Shown: positions 18,725-29,426, counted from the first letter of the stretch. The stretch: 64,000 nt of DNA from a bacterium (GCA_037139975.1 JBAXFJ010000001.1:171017-235016); one strand, 5' to 3'. The notes: generated from the sequence alone by a model not told the origin. Made by a program: numbers and translations.

Positions 18725-18967
18725 TTATATAATTCCAGCTTTCAGAAGAGTTTTGTAGGCGCCGTTCTTGGCAATTGTCTTGATAGCTTGGGTCGAGAGG
18801 GTGAGGGTGATTGTTTTGTTGATTTCAGGGACAAAAATGCGCTTCTTCTGCAGGTTTGGCTGCTTGCGGACTTTGCCGGTTGGGTTGTATTTGGTCGCGC
18901 GGACGCGGTTGCTGTATCCGCCAGCAACTTTCGAGGTTTTTTGTGTGATTGGGCAAATTTTGGCCAT
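18725..18967 (-). CDS. rpmB: 50S ribosomal protein L28
   Basis: 80 aa; MAKICPITQK...RRFLPNLQ-type L28 sequence. Confidence 0.9.
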   Translation of the reverse strand: MAKICPITQKTSKVAGGYSNRVRATKYNPTGKVRKQPNLQKKRIFVPEINKTITLTLSTQAIKTIAKNGAYKTLLKAGII

Positions 18968-19041
18968 ATATTCTTGCGTGCTTTGCTATGGTATCATGAA
19001 TTTGCGAATGCGCAAACTATGCGCATAGCCGTACAACCCTT

Positions 19042-19683
19042 ATGGATATAGTCTTTTCAATCATTATTCTCATTATTTCAGTCATCCTGCATGAGGTGGC
19101 CCATGGCTACATGGCCAACTGGCTCGGCGACCCCACAGCGCGCCTGGCTGGAAGGCTCACCCTCAACCCAACAAGCCACATCGACCCAACCGGCTCGGTC
19201 TTTTTGCCGTTCATCCTGTGGGCAGCTCAGAATTTCTCGCCGCATCCTGTCCTCATTGGCTATGCCAAGCCCGTGCCCTACAACCCCCACAACCTTCCGG
19301 GTAAATATGACGAGGCACTCGTGGCGGGCGCAGGGCCAGCAACCAACCTCTTTCTCGCATTGTTTTTTGGGCTGCTCATTCGTTTTGGTGGCGTTTCAAT
19401 GACCCCCGCTCTGTTTGCTGCATTGGGGACTATTGTCGCCACAAACTTGGTACTGGCACTGTTCAATCTCATACCCATTCCACCACTCGATGGTTCAAAG
19501 GTCTTGACGGTGCTTTTGCCGGGTGGAGTGGGGAGGGCGTATGCACACTTTCGTGCAAACTTTGAGCGAATGGGTGTCTTCTCAGGAACGCTGCTCATCC
19601 TGCTCTGTTTTTACTTCCGTTCACCATTTTTCTCGGACTTTCTGGCGTTTGCGTTTCGCCTTTTGACAGGGGTGAGCGCATAG
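19042..19683 (+). CDS. site-2 protease family zinc metalloprotease (peptidase M50B)
   Basis: 213 aa; HEVAHGY (HExxH) in TM1, LNPxxHIDPxG motif, multiple TMs. Confidence 0.7.
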   Translation: MDIVFSIIILIISVILHEVAHGYMANWLGDPTARLAGRLTLNPTSHIDPTGSVFLPFILWAAQNFSPHPVLIGYAKPVPYNPHNLPGKYDEALVAGAGPATNLFLALFFGLLIRFGGVSMTPALFAALGTIVATNLVLALFNLIPIPPLDGSKVLTVLLPGGVGRAYAHFRANFERMGVFSGTLLILLCFYFRSPFFSDFLAFAFRLLTGVSA

Positions 19684-19726
19684 AGTAGAGTGTCTGCAAG
19701 CGCTCAGGCGCGTTTTTAAATACCAC

Positions 19727-20137
19727 ATGGCTCGCATCTCACAACTTGTCCGCAAAGGACGCACACAACTCAAAACTAAATCAAAAGCGCCGGCACTCCA
19801 GCGCGGTTTCAACTCGCTCCAAAACCGCCCAACCTTCTATCCATCGCCTTTCAAGCGCGGCGTGTGCACCAAGGTAACCACCATGACCCCTCGCAAGCCA
19901 AACTCCGCTATCCGCAAAATCGCCCGCGTGCGCCTCACCAATGGCCAAGAGATCACCGCCTACATCCCCGGCGAGAAGCACAACCTCCAGGAGCACTCGG
20001 TGGTCGTGGTGCGTGCCGGCCGCGTGAAGGACATCAACGTGCGCTACCAGGTGGTGCGCGGTCGCCTCGATGCCGGTGGTGTCGAGAAGCGCAATGTGTC
20101 GCGCAGCCGCTATGGTGTGAAGAAGCCAAAAAAATAA
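19727..20137 (+). CDS. rpsL: 30S ribosomal protein S12
   Basis: 136 aa; PNSAIRK and RGGRVKD-type motifs, with small insertions. Confidence 0.95.
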   Translation: MARISQLVRKGRTQLKTKSKAPALQRGFNSLQNRPTFYPSPFKRGVCTKVTTMTPRKPNSAIRKIARVRLTNGQEITAYIPGEKHNLQEHSVVVVRAGRVKDINVRYQVVRGRLDAGGVEKRNVSRSRYGVKKPKK

Positions 20138-20158
20138 TTTTAGATAACACAAAAAGAT

Positions 20159-20629
20159 ATGCGACGCCCCGTCAAAAATAGGAATATGGTCGGCCCAGAT
20201 GCAAAGTATCAATCTTTGCGGGTTGAGAAATTCATCAACTCAGTCATGTGGGATGGCAAAAAGAGCGTAGCCCGCAAGGTTGTCTACGATGCTTTTGACT
20301 TGGTTGCTGAAAAGACCAAAAACGAGAGCCCTCTTGAGGTGTTTGAGACTGCGGTCCGTAACGTGGGCCCCGCAATGGAGATCCGCTCGCGCCGTGTTGG
20401 TGGCGCCAACTACCAGGTGCCACGCGAAGTGCGCCCTGAACGCAAGCAAGCACTCGCGTTTCGTTGGATGCTCACCGCTGCCCGTGCTCGCAAAGGCATG
20501 CCGATGCACGAGCGCCTCGCACTTGAAATAATCGCCGCCTCCAATAACGAAGGTCCTGCAATCAAAAAGAAAGACGATACACACCGCATGGCCGAAGCCA
20601 ACAAAGCCTTCGCCCACTTCGCCTGGTAG
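20159..20629 (+). CDS. rpsG: 30S ribosomal protein S7
   Basis: 156 aa; typical S7 sequence. Confidence 0.95.
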   Translation: MRRPVKNRNMVGPDAKYQSLRVEKFINSVMWDGKKSVARKVVYDAFDLVAEKTKNESPLEVFETAVRNVGPAMEIRSRRVGGANYQVPREVRPERKQALAFRWMLTAARARKGMPMHERLALEIIAASNNEGPAIKKKDDTHRMAEANKAFAHFAW

Positions 20630-20744
20630 TTTGCTTTTCCAGTAATTTTTAGTATTCTAAGTGCAACGCCTCGGGCATCCGCCAACTGGCGGATTTTTAA
20701 CTCTATCATTTAAAAACCTAGTAATTACTTGTAACTATTTATTT

Positions 20745-22895
20745 ATGCCAACACGCGACTATCCGCTCGATAAGGTTCGAAACTTCGGTATCATCGCCCA
20801 CATCGACGCGGGGAAGACCACTACCTCTGAGCGCGTTTTGTATTACACCGGCTCGCAGCACAAAATCGGTGAGGTGCACGAAGGCGAGACGACCACCGAC
20901 TGGATGGAGCAAGAGCGTGAGCGTGGTATCACCATCACTGCAGCGGCTATTACCTGTTTTTGGGCCCGCACTGACGAACCCGACAAGAAAGACCCAGCCA
21001 AAAAGTATCGTTTCAACGTTATCGACACCCCGGGCCACATCGACTTTACTGTTGAGGTGAAGCGCTCGATGCGCGTCCTCGACGGCGCCGTCGTGGTGTT
21101 TGACGGTGTTGCTGGTGTGGAGCCACAGTCTGAAACAAACTGGCGCTACGCCGACGAGGCAGGAGTGCCACGCATCTGTTTCATCAACAAGATGGACCGC
21201 ATGGGCGCCAATTTTGAAAAATCATACGCTTCTATCCTTGATCGTCTCACCAAAAAAGCCGTGCGCATGCAGCTCCCCATCGGGGCTGAGGAAAATTTCA
21301 CCGGCATGGTGAACCTGCTCGAGGAAAAAGCCTATCGTTTTGAAGGCGACATGGGCGAGGAAGTCATTGCCTATGACGTGCCCGAGGATATGAAGGCCGA
21401 AGTTGCCAAGTATCGCGCTGAACTCATCGAGAAAATTGTCGAGCAAGACGAGCAGATGATGAGCGACTACCTTGAAGGTAAAGAGCCTTCGCTCGAAGAC
21501 CTTAAGAAAATGCTCCGCAAAGGCATTTTGAAAAACGAAATTTTCCCTGTGTATACCGGTTCTGCCCTTAAAAACAAAGGTGTACAGTTGGTGCTCGACG
21601 GTGTCGTCGACTACCTTCCATCGCCCGTTGATTTGCCACCCGTGAAAGGCGTCAATCCTAAAACAGGGGAGGAGGTGTTCCGCAAAGCGGACGACAACGA
21701 GCCGTTCTGTGCGCTCGCGTTCAAGCTTCAAGCCGACAAGTTCGTGGGCAAGCTCGCCTTCTTCCGCGTTTATTCAGGCTCGCTTGAAGCAGGATCATAT
21801 ATATACAACTCAACCACCGGCCAGAAAGAGCGCGTAGGTCGCATTGTGCGCCTCCAAGCTGACAAACGCGAAGAGGTAAAGAAAGTGTATGCGGGTGAGA
21901 TCGCCGCTGCGGTGGGCCTACGTGACGTGCGCACCAGTCACACGCTCTGCAGCGAAGAAAACCCAATTATTCTTGAACAAATCAAATTTCCTGAGCCAGT
22001 TATCTCGCTCCGTATTGAGCCAAAAACCAAGGCTGACCAAGAGAAGATGGGTATTGCGCTTAAGGAGCTCTCCGACGAAGACCCAACATTGCGCATCACT
22101 TCGAACGCTGAAACCAACGAAACCCTCATCTCGGGAATGGGCGAGCTGCACCTCGAGATCATCGTTGACCGTATGAAGCGTGAGTTCAACGTTGATGCCA
22201 ATGTTGGCGCGCCACAGGTTGCCTACCGTGAGACGATTATGCAAGAGGCCACTGCCGAGCACAAATACATCAAGCAAACAGGCGGTAAGGGTCAGTACGG
22301 TCACGTGAAGCTTACGCTGAAGCCGCTTGAACCACTTGATCCAGACAAAAAAGTTTCTAAAAATACCCACCGCTCCGACCACTTTGAGTTCGTCAACAGC
22401 ATCAAGGGCGGCGTCATTCCACAAGAATTCATTCCTGCAGTTGAAAAGGGCGTTGAAGAGGCTATGGAGCGTGGCATTGTCGCTGGTTTCAAGATGGTCG
22501 ACGTTTCTTGTGAGCTCATCTTTGGTTCATCTCACGATGTGGACTCATCTGAAATCGCCTTTAAAATTGCCGCTTCTATGGCGTTCCAAGAAGCAGCCAA
22601 GGCAGCACGCGCCGTCATCCTCGAGCCAATCATGAGGATTGAAGTGGTCACCCCCACCGAGTACTTGGGCGACATTACTGGCAGTCTCTCGGGCAAGCGT
22701 GGTTCAATTGAAGGCACTGAGGACAGGGGAATGAATACGGCTATCAAAGCTCGCGTGCCGCTGAAAGAAATGTTTGGTTACACCACCGACCTGCGCTCGA
22801 TGACCAAGGGTCGCGCGGGTTTCACTATGGAGTTCGACCACTATGAGGTGGTGCCAAAAAACGTTGCTGACACTATTATTGCTTCAAGAAAATAA
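20745..22895 (+). CDS. fusA: elongation factor G
   Basis: The track ORF starts at 20661, but homology begins at MPTRDYPLDKVRNFGIIAHIDAGKTT (ATG at 20745). G1-G5 motifs and EF-G domains IV/V are present. Confidence 0.95.
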   Translation: MPTRDYPLDKVRNFGIIAHIDAGKTTTSERVLYYTGSQHKIGEVHEGETTTDWMEQERERGITITAAAITCFWARTDEPDKKDPAKKYRFNVIDTPGHIDFTVEVKRSMRVLDGAVVVFDGVAGVEPQSETNWRYADEAGVPRICFINKMDRMGANFEKSYASILDRLTKKAVRMQLPIGAEENFTGMVNLLEEKAYRFEGDMGEEVIAYDVPEDMKAEVAKYRAELIEKIVEQDEQMMSDYLEGKEPSLEDLKKMLRKGILKNEIFPVYTGSALKNKGVQLVLDGVVDYLPSPVDLPPVKGVNPKTGEEVFRKADDNEPFCALAFKLQADKFVGKLAFFRVYSGSLEAGSYIYNSTTGQKERVGRIVRLQADKREEVKKVYAGEIAAAVGLRDVRTSHTLCSEENPIILEQIKFPEPVISLRIEPKTKADQEKMGIALKELSDEDPTLRITSNAETNETLISGMGELHLEIIVDRMKREFNVDANVGAPQVAYRETIMQEATAEHKYIKQTGGKGQYGHVKLTLKPLEPLDPDKKVSKNTHRSDHFEFVNSIKGGVIPQEFIPAVEKGVEEAMERGIVAGFKMVDVSCELIFGSSHDVDSSEIAFKIAASMAFQEAAKAARAVILEPIMRIEVVTPTEYLGDITGSLSGKRGSIEGTEDRGMNTAIKARVPLKEMFGYTTDLRSMTKGRAGFTMEFDHYEVVPKNVADTIIASRK

Positions 22896-22898
22896 AAA

Positions 22899-23417
22899 TT
22901 ACCACATGCTACACGCAGTAGCCCCGCTACACACCATCCACGACCAGGTGGGGCGTGCAGGATCATAAAATTCATCACTTGTTGGGGTCGAGGCGACTTG
23001 TGAGTTTGCAGGAAAGTTATCTATGAGTTTATAACTTTGTCCATCTGAACAATAAAGATATGCTCTGTTTATCGCAGTGGTTCCGTCAAGTTGTGGATCT
23101 TGTGGTAGTGCAGAGGTGTTAGTGTATGCCGGGGCAAGTCCGGGTATATAGTTTGTCTTGTTTCCATAGTCAGTCGTGTTGCCCCACCAACTATTGCAAC
23201 TGCTGCCGCCCGTGTTGCCAGTAGAAGGGTAGGCGTTATTGTCGTTGTAATACACCGAAAGGGAAAGGGCGAGGTTTTTGAGGTCGCTTTTGCGTTTGGT
23301 GTCGTTTGCGCGGTACTTGGCGCTCGAGAGGCTGGTCATCACAATGCCTGCCAAAATGGCTATGATTCCAATTACCACCATCAATTCAACAAGTGTAAAT
23401 CCTCTTTTGTGTGACAT
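22899..23417 (-). CDS. type IV pilin/pseudopilin-like protein (class III signal peptide)
   Basis: The track ORF runs to 23522, but the likely start is MSHKRG|FTLVELMVVIGIIAILAGIV (prepilin leader plus N-terminal hydrophobic helix), ATG at 23417. Asn/Tyr/Gly-rich globular part. Confidence 0.7.
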   Translation of the reverse strand: MSHKRGFTLVELMVVIGIIAILAGIVMTSLSSAKYRANDTKRKSDLKNLALSLSVYYNDNNAYPSTGNTGGSSCNSWWGNTTDYGNKTNYIPGLAPAYTNTSALPQDPQLDGTTAINRAYLYCSDGQSYKLIDNFPANSQVASTPTSDEFYDPARPTWSWMVCSGATACSMW

Positions 23418-23553
23418 ATCACAAGTAAAGCACGTTTTGTTTGGTTGCGCTTTGACTTTGACTTTGCTAGTATGTGCATAACGCATGTAGCGCGTGCTTT
23501 CGTGTGCTCTGGTGTGTAGCAAGGTATTAATTAGTCAGTAATCATTTATTTAT

Positions 23554-24753
23554 ATGGCAACATTTGAACGAGAAAAGCCGCACGTGAATGTCGGCACCAT
23601 TGGGCACGTCGACCACGGCAAGACCACCTTGACCGCATCTATCCTCCATACGCTTGATATGGCAAAGGGGGAGGGCTACGGTGCACGCGTTGAAAACGTC
23701 GATGGTATCGACAACGCTCCTGAAGAAAAGGCACGCGGTATCACCATCGCGCTCCACCACTCCGAATACTGGACACCGAACCGCCACTACGCGCACATCG
23801 ACGCTCCAGGTCACGCCGACTACATCAAAAACATGATTACCGGTGCCGCTCAAATGGACGGTGCAGTCCTCGTGGTTGCTGCGACCGACGGTGTGATGCC
23901 CCAGACTCGTGAACACATTCTCCTTGCAAAGCAGGTTGGTGTGCCAAAAGTCATTGTCTTTCTCAACAAGTGCGACATGGTGGACGACAAAGACCTCATC
24001 GACCTCGTTGAAGAAGAGGTGCGCGAACTTCTCACCAAGCAGGGTTTTGATGGCGCTGCAACCCCGATCATTCGTGGTTCAGGCCTCAAAGCGCTCGAGA
24101 GCAACGATCTCAGTAATGAATGGTCACAGAAAGTGCTTGAACTCATCAAAACACTTGATACCTACATTCCACAACCAGCACGCGAGATGGACAAGCCATT
24201 CCTTATGCCAATTGAAGACATCTTCTCGATTGAAGGTCGTGGCACTGTGGTGACTGGCCGTATTGAGCGTGGTCAGGTCAAGGTTGGCGAGGAAGTTGAG
24301 ATCATCGGCCTCCAGCCAACTGCTAAGACCACCATTACCGGCATCGAGATGTTCAACAAGCAACTCGAAGCAGGTATGGCAGGCGACAACGCGGGCATCC
24401 TCCTGCGCGGCACCAAGAAAGAAGACATTCATCGTGGCCAGGTGCTTGCCAAGACCGGCTCAGTTACTCCACACACCGAGTTTGAGGCAGAAGTCTACAT
24501 CCTCAACAAGGACGAAGGTGGTCGCCACACACCATTCTTTACGGGCTACAAACCACAGTTCTATGTGCGCACCACTGACGTGACGGGCGAGGTGACTCTT
24601 GCTGCGGGTGTTGAAATGGTTATGCCAGGCGACACCGCAGTCTTTAAGGTTAAACTCGTTGCCCCTGTGGCACTTGAGGAAAAGCAGCGCTTTGCAGTCC
24701 GCGAGGGCGGCAAGACCGTGGGCGCCGGTGTCGTCACCAAGATTGTTGCGTAA
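23554..24753 (+). CDS. tuf: elongation factor Tu
   Basis: 399 aa; [15 protein letters not shown] and NKCD motifs. Confidence 0.95.
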   Translation: MATFEREKPHVNVGTIGHVDHGKTTLTASILHTLDMAKGEGYGARVENVDGIDNAPEEKARGITIALHHSEYWTPNRHYAHIDAPGHADYIKNMITGAAQMDGAVLVVAATDGVMPQTREHILLAKQVGVPKVIVFLNKCDMVDDKDLIDLVEEEVRELLTKQGFDGAATPIIRGSGLKALESNDLSNEWSQKVLELIKTLDTYIPQPAREMDKPFLMPIEDIFSIEGRGTVVTGRIERGQVKVGEEVEIIGLQPTAKTTITGIEMFNKQLEAGMAGDNAGILLRGTKKEDIHRGQVLAKTGSVTPHTEFEAEVYILNKDEGGRHTPFFTGYKPQFYVRTTDVTGEVTLAAGVEMVMPGDTAVFKVKLVAPVALEEKQRFAVREGGKTVGAGVVTKIVA

Positions 24754-24788
24754 TCTAGATAACTCGTTATCTAGCAATAAAAGAAAGC

Positions 24789-25163
24789 ATGCCAGAAACA
24801 GCAACAAAAAAAGCACCAGCCAAGCGTGCAAGTCGCGCAAAAGCTGCAGAAGCTCCCGCACAACGTTTGCGCATCAAGGTGCGTGCCTATGAGCACAAAG
24901 TGCTTGACGCATCCATTAAGCAGATCCTCGACACAGCGCTTCGCTATGACGCGATTGTCGCAGGGCCCATCCCACTTCCAACCGAGATCACTAAATACAC
25001 CGTCAACCGCTCAACGTTCGTCTACAAAGACGCGCGTGAACAGTTTGAAAAGCGTGTGCACAAGCGCATCATCGACATTCTTGACCCATCACAGAAGGTT
25101 ATCGAGGCGCTCACCAACCTCTCGCTCCCTTCGGGAGTGACCATTGAGGTGAAGATGGTGTAA
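24789..25163 (+). CDS. rpsJ: 30S ribosomal protein S10 with ~25-aa basic N-terminal extension
   Basis: 124 aa; RIKVRAYEHKVLD...GPIPLPTE core. Confidence 0.9.
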   Translation: MPETATKKAPAKRASRAKAAEAPAQRLRIKVRAYEHKVLDASIKQILDTALRYDAIVAGPIPLPTEITKYTVNRSTFVYKDAREQFEKRVHKRIIDILDPSQKVIEALTNLSLPSGVTIEVKMV

Positions 25164-25214
25164 AAACTCAAAACACTCAAACAAAAAGTAGAAAATAAAA
25201 GTGCTTAAGAAAAA

Positions 25215-25253
25215 ATCTCCACACTAAAATCAAAAGTGTGGAGATTTTTTCTT
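25215..25253 (+). terminator. intrinsic terminator after rpsJ
   Basis: atctccacac...gtgtggagat stem followed by TTTTTTC. Confidence 0.6.
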
Positions 25254-25618
25254 GCGCTTGATGAGCGTTTCAAGTATACTTGATAAAAGTTGCTCATTTG
25301 TTTTAGGGTTAGTGCGTGCGCACAAAATACACACCATATTGCAATATGGTGTGCCGATTGCTCGGGTTTTTTGTTTGCTTAACCTCATCTCTAGAAAAGG
25401 CAAAGCAAGCAAAGGACAAAACGACAGATCGACAAAAACACTCCCCGGGCGGGGAGTGTTTTTGTGTCCAAAACTAAAAAGAGTATTCGCTACAAGTTTC
25501 TTGCATAACTGAAAGGGTTCGTGTACAGTGTTGTGGACTCTCAATAAGAGGTTGTCCATGTCCCGGGCCGGATGGCCGCTCAGATTTCAGTATCAGGGTA
25601 GGGGGACCAATAGAAACC

Positions 25619-26302
25619 ATGAAATTCATCCTTGGAACAAAGGAAAAAATGACCACTATCTATACCGAAGAGGGACGGTCTTTTGCCGCGACCATTGTGT
25701 TGGCTGCGCCAGCAATCATCTCTCAAATCAAAACAAAAGAGACCGACGGCTATAACGCGGTCCAGCTTGCCGCAGTTGAGGAAACAAAAGAAAAGCGCGT
25801 GAACAAAGCACAGCTTGGTCACGCGCACGCGGCTCAAAAAGACACTGCTGAAGGTGAACGCAAAGGCTTCCGTGTGTTTCGTGAGGTTCGTCAACGTGAC
25901 GGCGCTCTTCCTGCTGAGGCGGTTCTTGGTGCCACGATTGATATCTCCATGTTTGCTCCGGGCGACATGGTGCAGGTCTCGGCAGTTTCCAAAGGAAAAG
26001 GCTTTCAGGGCGTCATCAAGCGCCACGGCTTCCACGGTGGCCCACGCTCGCATGGTCAAAAGCACTCCGAGCGCTCCCCAGGCTCCATTGGTGGTTCTGG
26101 TGGCCGCGCTGGTGGTCGTGTGGCAAAAGGTATGAAGATGGCCGGCCGCATGGGCTCTGATCGCGTCACCGTCCGCAACCTGTCTATCCTCCAAGTGCAC
26201 CCCGAGACGGGCGAATTGGTCATCTCTGGCGCAATTCCTGGTCGCCGTGGTACGTTGGTTGAGATCCGCGAGGTGGTCAAGACTTCTTTTCCTAAGAAAT
26301 AA
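25619..26302 (+). CDS. rplC: 50S ribosomal protein L3
   Basis: 227 aa; FxxGxxVxVSxxSKGKGFQG motif. Confidence 0.95.
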   Translation: MKFILGTKEKMTTIYTEEGRSFAATIVLAAPAIISQIKTKETDGYNAVQLAAVEETKEKRVNKAQLGHAHAAQKDTAEGERKGFRVFREVRQRDGALPAEAVLGATIDISMFAPGDMVQVSAVSKGKGFQGVIKRHGFHGGPRSHGQKHSERSPGSIGGSGGRAGGRVAKGMKMAGRMGSDRVTVRNLSILQVHPETGELVISGAIPGRRGTLVEIREVVKTSFPKK

Positions 26303-26304
26303 AT

Positions 26305-26970
26305 ATGGAATCAATTGTATATAACATAAAGGGTGAGAAGGCGGGGACCATCAATGCTCCTGAAAGCGTCTTTGGGCTTCCTTGGAATGCCGACTTGGTG
26401 CACCAGGTTGTTGTGGGTATGCAGGCAAATGCTCGTATCCCCATCGCACACACCAAAGACCGCAGCGAGGTGCGCGGCGGCGGTAAAAAGCCTTGGAAAC
26501 AAAAGGGTACTGGCCGCGCGCGTGTTGGCTCGAGTCGTTCACCAATCTGGAAGGGAGGCGGTGTGACTCACGGTCCTCGCAACGAGAAAATCTATGCAGT
26601 CAAAATCAACCAAAAAGTACGCCAAAAAGCCTTGCTCGTGGTGCTTTCTCGCAAAATGAAAGATGGTGAAATCATCTTCCTTGATTCACTCGAGATGGCA
26701 GCCCCAAAGGCAGTGTTGGGTAAAGCAGTGCTTTCAGCATTCAGCAAGCAGTTCTCTGGTTTTAATAAGGCAAAGCACGCGGCTTTGATTGCTCTCCCAA
26801 GCGCACACGCCGCAACGCAAAAGAGCTTCAGCAACTTTGGTAACGTCTCGGTTGAAGAGATGCGTAATCTCAACCCTGTTTCCGTCCTTTCGCACAAGTA
26901 CCTGGTCGTGGCAAGCCCGCAGGCCGCAATAGACATGCTTTCTAAAAAGAGCGTTGTTAAGGCTAAATAA
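26305..26970 (+). CDS. rplD: 50S ribosomal protein L4
   Basis: 221 aa; KPWKQKGTGRAR motif. Confidence 0.95.
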   Translation: MESIVYNIKGEKAGTINAPESVFGLPWNADLVHQVVVGMQANARIPIAHTKDRSEVRGGGKKPWKQKGTGRARVGSSRSPIWKGGGVTHGPRNEKIYAVKINQKVRQKALLVVLSRKMKDGEIIFLDSLEMAAPKAVLGKAVLSAFSKQFSGFNKAKHAALIALPSAHAATQKSFSNFGNVSVEEMRNLNPVSVLSHKYLVVASPQAAIDMLSKKSVVKAK

Positions 26971-26975
26971 ATTAT

Positions 26976-27263
26976 ATGCAAAAACACAACGGCACAATCT
27001 TGCTCTCTCCACGCATTACTGAAAAAGGCGCATACGTCTCTGCAAACGGCGCCTATGTTTTCAACGTGGCTCCTGCAGCAAACAAAAAAGAAATTGCAGA
27101 GGCGGTGCAGGCTCTCTACAAAGTAACACCACGCAAGGTTGCCACCGTGACGGTGCCACGCAAGGTGGTCAAGACACGCGGCACCAATCGCACTGGCAAG
27201 ACAGTGGGTGGCAAAAAGGCCTATGTATACCTCAAGAAGGGAGAAACGATAGAATTAATGTAA
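26976..27263 (+). CDS. rplW: 50S ribosomal protein L23
   Basis: 95 aa; typical L23. Confidence 0.9.
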   Translation: MQKHNGTILLSPRITEKGAYVSANGAYVFNVAPAANKKEIAEAVQALYKVTPRKVATVTVPRKVVKTRGTNRTGKTVGGKKAYVYLKKGETIELM

Positions 27264-27356
27264 TAAAATTATATAGAAATTTTTATGAAAAATTTATATA
27301 ATCGTCGTTCGCTCGGAAATAAAAACAAGTTTTAATTTCTCTCACTTCACTAGATT

Positions 27357-28205
27357 ATGAAAAAGTATAAACCATACACCAAATCACGCCGACACATGAC
27401 TACGGTCACGTTTGCGGGCAAAATCACCGCCACCGAGCCTCATAAGGCGCTCACTTCGGGTGGCAAGCGTGACTTTGGCCGCAACAATGCGGGCCGCATC
27501 ACGGTGCGTCACAAGGGCGGTGGACACAAACGTCTTTTGCGCGATGTTGATTTTGGCTACAAGAAGATTGTTCCTGCGGTGGTTGAGACGGTTGAATATG
27601 ATCCAAACCGCTCGGGATTCATCGGCTTGCTCCTCTATAAAGACGGCGAGCGTCGCTACGGCCTCCTACCACGTTCAATCGGTGTTGGCTCGCCAATACT
27701 CGCGGGTGAAGACGTACCCGCAACACCAGGAAACCGCATGCCACTGAAAAATATCCCTGTTGGGGCAATGATCTACAATGTTGAGCTCAAACCGGGCCAG
27801 GGGGGCAAAATGGGCCGCTCAGCGGGCACCCACATCGAACTCATTGCACGTGACCAGGGTTATGCAGAGCTTAAGATGCCTTCATCTGAAATCCGCAAGG
27901 TCCAGGACACCTGCTGGGCAACTATCGGTGAGGTCTCCAACGAAGAGCACCACCTGCGCGTTATCGGCAAGGCCGGCCGCAGCCGTTGGCTCGGCATTCG
28001 CCCAACGGTGCGCGGCACCGCGATGAACCCTGTGGACCACCCACACGGCGGTGGTGAAGGCCGCCAAGGCCGCGGTTTGCGCCGCGCAAAGACCCTTTGG
28101 GGCAAGCCGTCGGGCAAGGGTCAAAAGACACGCAAACCAAAGAAATACTCAAACAAACTCATCGTCTCTCGCCGAAAAGTTGGCAAGCGAGGACAGAAGA
28201 AATAA
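27357..28205 (+). CDS. rplB: 50S ribosomal protein L2
   Basis: 282 aa; GRNxxGxITxRHKGGGHKR and MNPVDHPHGGGEG motifs. Confidence 0.95.
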   Translation: MKKYKPYTKSRRHMTTVTFAGKITATEPHKALTSGGKRDFGRNNAGRITVRHKGGGHKRLLRDVDFGYKKIVPAVVETVEYDPNRSGFIGLLLYKDGERRYGLLPRSIGVGSPILAGEDVPATPGNRMPLKNIPVGAMIYNVELKPGQGGKMGRSAGTHIELIARDQGYAELKMPSSEIRKVQDTCWATIGEVSNEEHHLRVIGKAGRSRWLGIRPTVRGTAMNPVDHPHGGGEGRQGRGLRRAKTLWGKPSGKGQKTRKPKKYSNKLIVSRRKVGKRGQKK

Positions 28206-28212
28206 AAAAGAA

Positions 28213-28242
28213 AGAGCGCTCCCAATTCGGGGGCGCTTTTTG
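28213..28242. terminator. intrinsic terminator after rplB
   Basis: agcgctccc...gggggcgct hairpin followed by a T-run. Confidence 0.5.
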
Positions 28243-28260
28243 ATAGAACCCGAAGGGTGT

Positions 28261-28509
28261 TTAAGTAGGAGGGGTGAGGTCTCTGCCTAAGACGAACTGC
28301 CTAGCCACGGCTAACCTAACCATATCCATTGGGTTGAGAACGGTTTCGGCTGGGAAGGCTTTTTCCCAGCGTTTCTCCTCGTCGTTCCACCTTACATTTT
28401 GTCCGATGAGTCGATCGGCATAGGTGTGGTGCGGTATCACTTTCGCGCCATTGTCCAGCGTAAAAACAGGGTCGATAGCGTAAACTTCGTGCCACACAGG
28501 ATCGCTCAT
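28261..28509 (-). CDS. hypothetical small protein (82 aa) antisense to the ribosomal cluster
   Basis: ORF with an AGGAGA Shine-Dalgarno 7 nt upstream of its ATG. It fills an otherwise unexplained 446-bp gap between rplB and rpsS. No recognisable domain. Confidence 0.35.
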   Translation of the reverse strand: MSDPVWHEVYAIDPVFTLDNGAKVIPHHTYADRLIGQNVRWNDEEKRWEKAFPAETVLNPMDMVRLAVARQFVLGRDLTPPT

Positions 28510-28651
28510 GGTCGTTCTCCTATAGAGATTGTTCCAGCCCCAACCCTATAGCTTTAGCCAAACTTGCGCAAGTGCGGGGTTTCCTGTACTATCTTTTTAC
28601 TCGCGCTTTGGCGCGTTTTACATTGCATAAAAGCAATTTCATACTAAAAAC

Positions 28652-29011
28652 ATGGCACGATCACTCTCAAAAGGACCATACGTCGACGAAAAGCTTCTCA
28701 AAAAGATTGAGGGCAAAAAACCTCAGACCGCTGAGACGATTCGCACATGGTCACGCCGCAGCCAAATCGCTCCTGAGATGGTGGGCTTCAAATTTGGTGT
28801 CCACAATGGCAAAACCCACATCGACGTGCTCGTGTCTGAAGACATGGTGGGTCACCGCCTAGGTGAATTCTCGCCCACCAAGAAGTTTCTCCGTCACGGC
28901 GGTAAAATGCAGAAAGAAATGGAGCAGAAGGCAAAGCAGTCTGAGATAGCCTCGGCGCAGGCGGCAAAAGCAGCAACCACAACTGCCGCTGCAGCTGCAA
29001 AAAAGAAATAG
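28652..29011 (+). CDS. rpsS: 30S ribosomal protein S19 with Ala/Lys-rich C-terminal extension
   Basis: 119 aa; [11 protein letters not shown]...FGVHNGK motif. Confidence 0.9.
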   Translation: MARSLSKGPYVDEKLLKKIEGKKPQTAETIRTWSRRSQIAPEMVGFKFGVHNGKTHIDVLVSEDMVGHRLGEFSPTKKFLRHGGKMQKEMEQKAKQSEIASAQAAKAATTTAAAAAKKK

Positions 29012-29024
29012 AAATTAAATTCAT

Positions 29025-29423
29025 ATGGCACACGCAACCGCATCACTCATCAATTACCGCCAATCACCACGCAAGGTGCGTTTGATTGCTGACTTGGTGC
29101 GCGGCAAGAGCGTCGATCGTGCGTTGGCGCTTCTCGCAACATTGCCCAAGCGGGGGAGTGAGCCGATGGAAAAGCTTGTACGCTCAGCCATCGCTAATGC
29201 TGTACAAAAAGGTGCAACTGCCAGTGACTTGGTGATCGAAAAGATCGAGGTCAACGGCGGCATCGTCTTTAAACGTTCTATGCCACGTGCGCGCGGTCGT
29301 GCGGCGCCTATCCGCAAGAAATCGAGCCACATTACACTTGCGTTGGGTGTCAAAAGCGGCGTAGCTAAAGCAAAGAAAGTTTCAAAATCAGCGGCAGCAA
29401 AGAGTTCGACTGAAACCAAATAA
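29025..29423 (+). CDS. rplV: 50S ribosomal protein L22
   Basis: 132 aa. Confidence 0.9.
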   Translation: MAHATASLINYRQSPRKVRLIADLVRGKSVDRALALLATLPKRGSEPMEKLVRSAIANAVQKGATASDLVIEKIEVNGGIVFKRSMPRARGRAAPIRKKSSHITLALGVKSGVAKAKKVSKSAAAKSSTETK

Positions 29424-29426
29424 TAT

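Noticed and set aside
21222-21731. 169-aa and 168-aa - strand ORFs within fusA
   Set aside because: Antisense to EF-G.
25580-26314. 244-aa - strand ORF
   Set aside because: Antisense to rplC.
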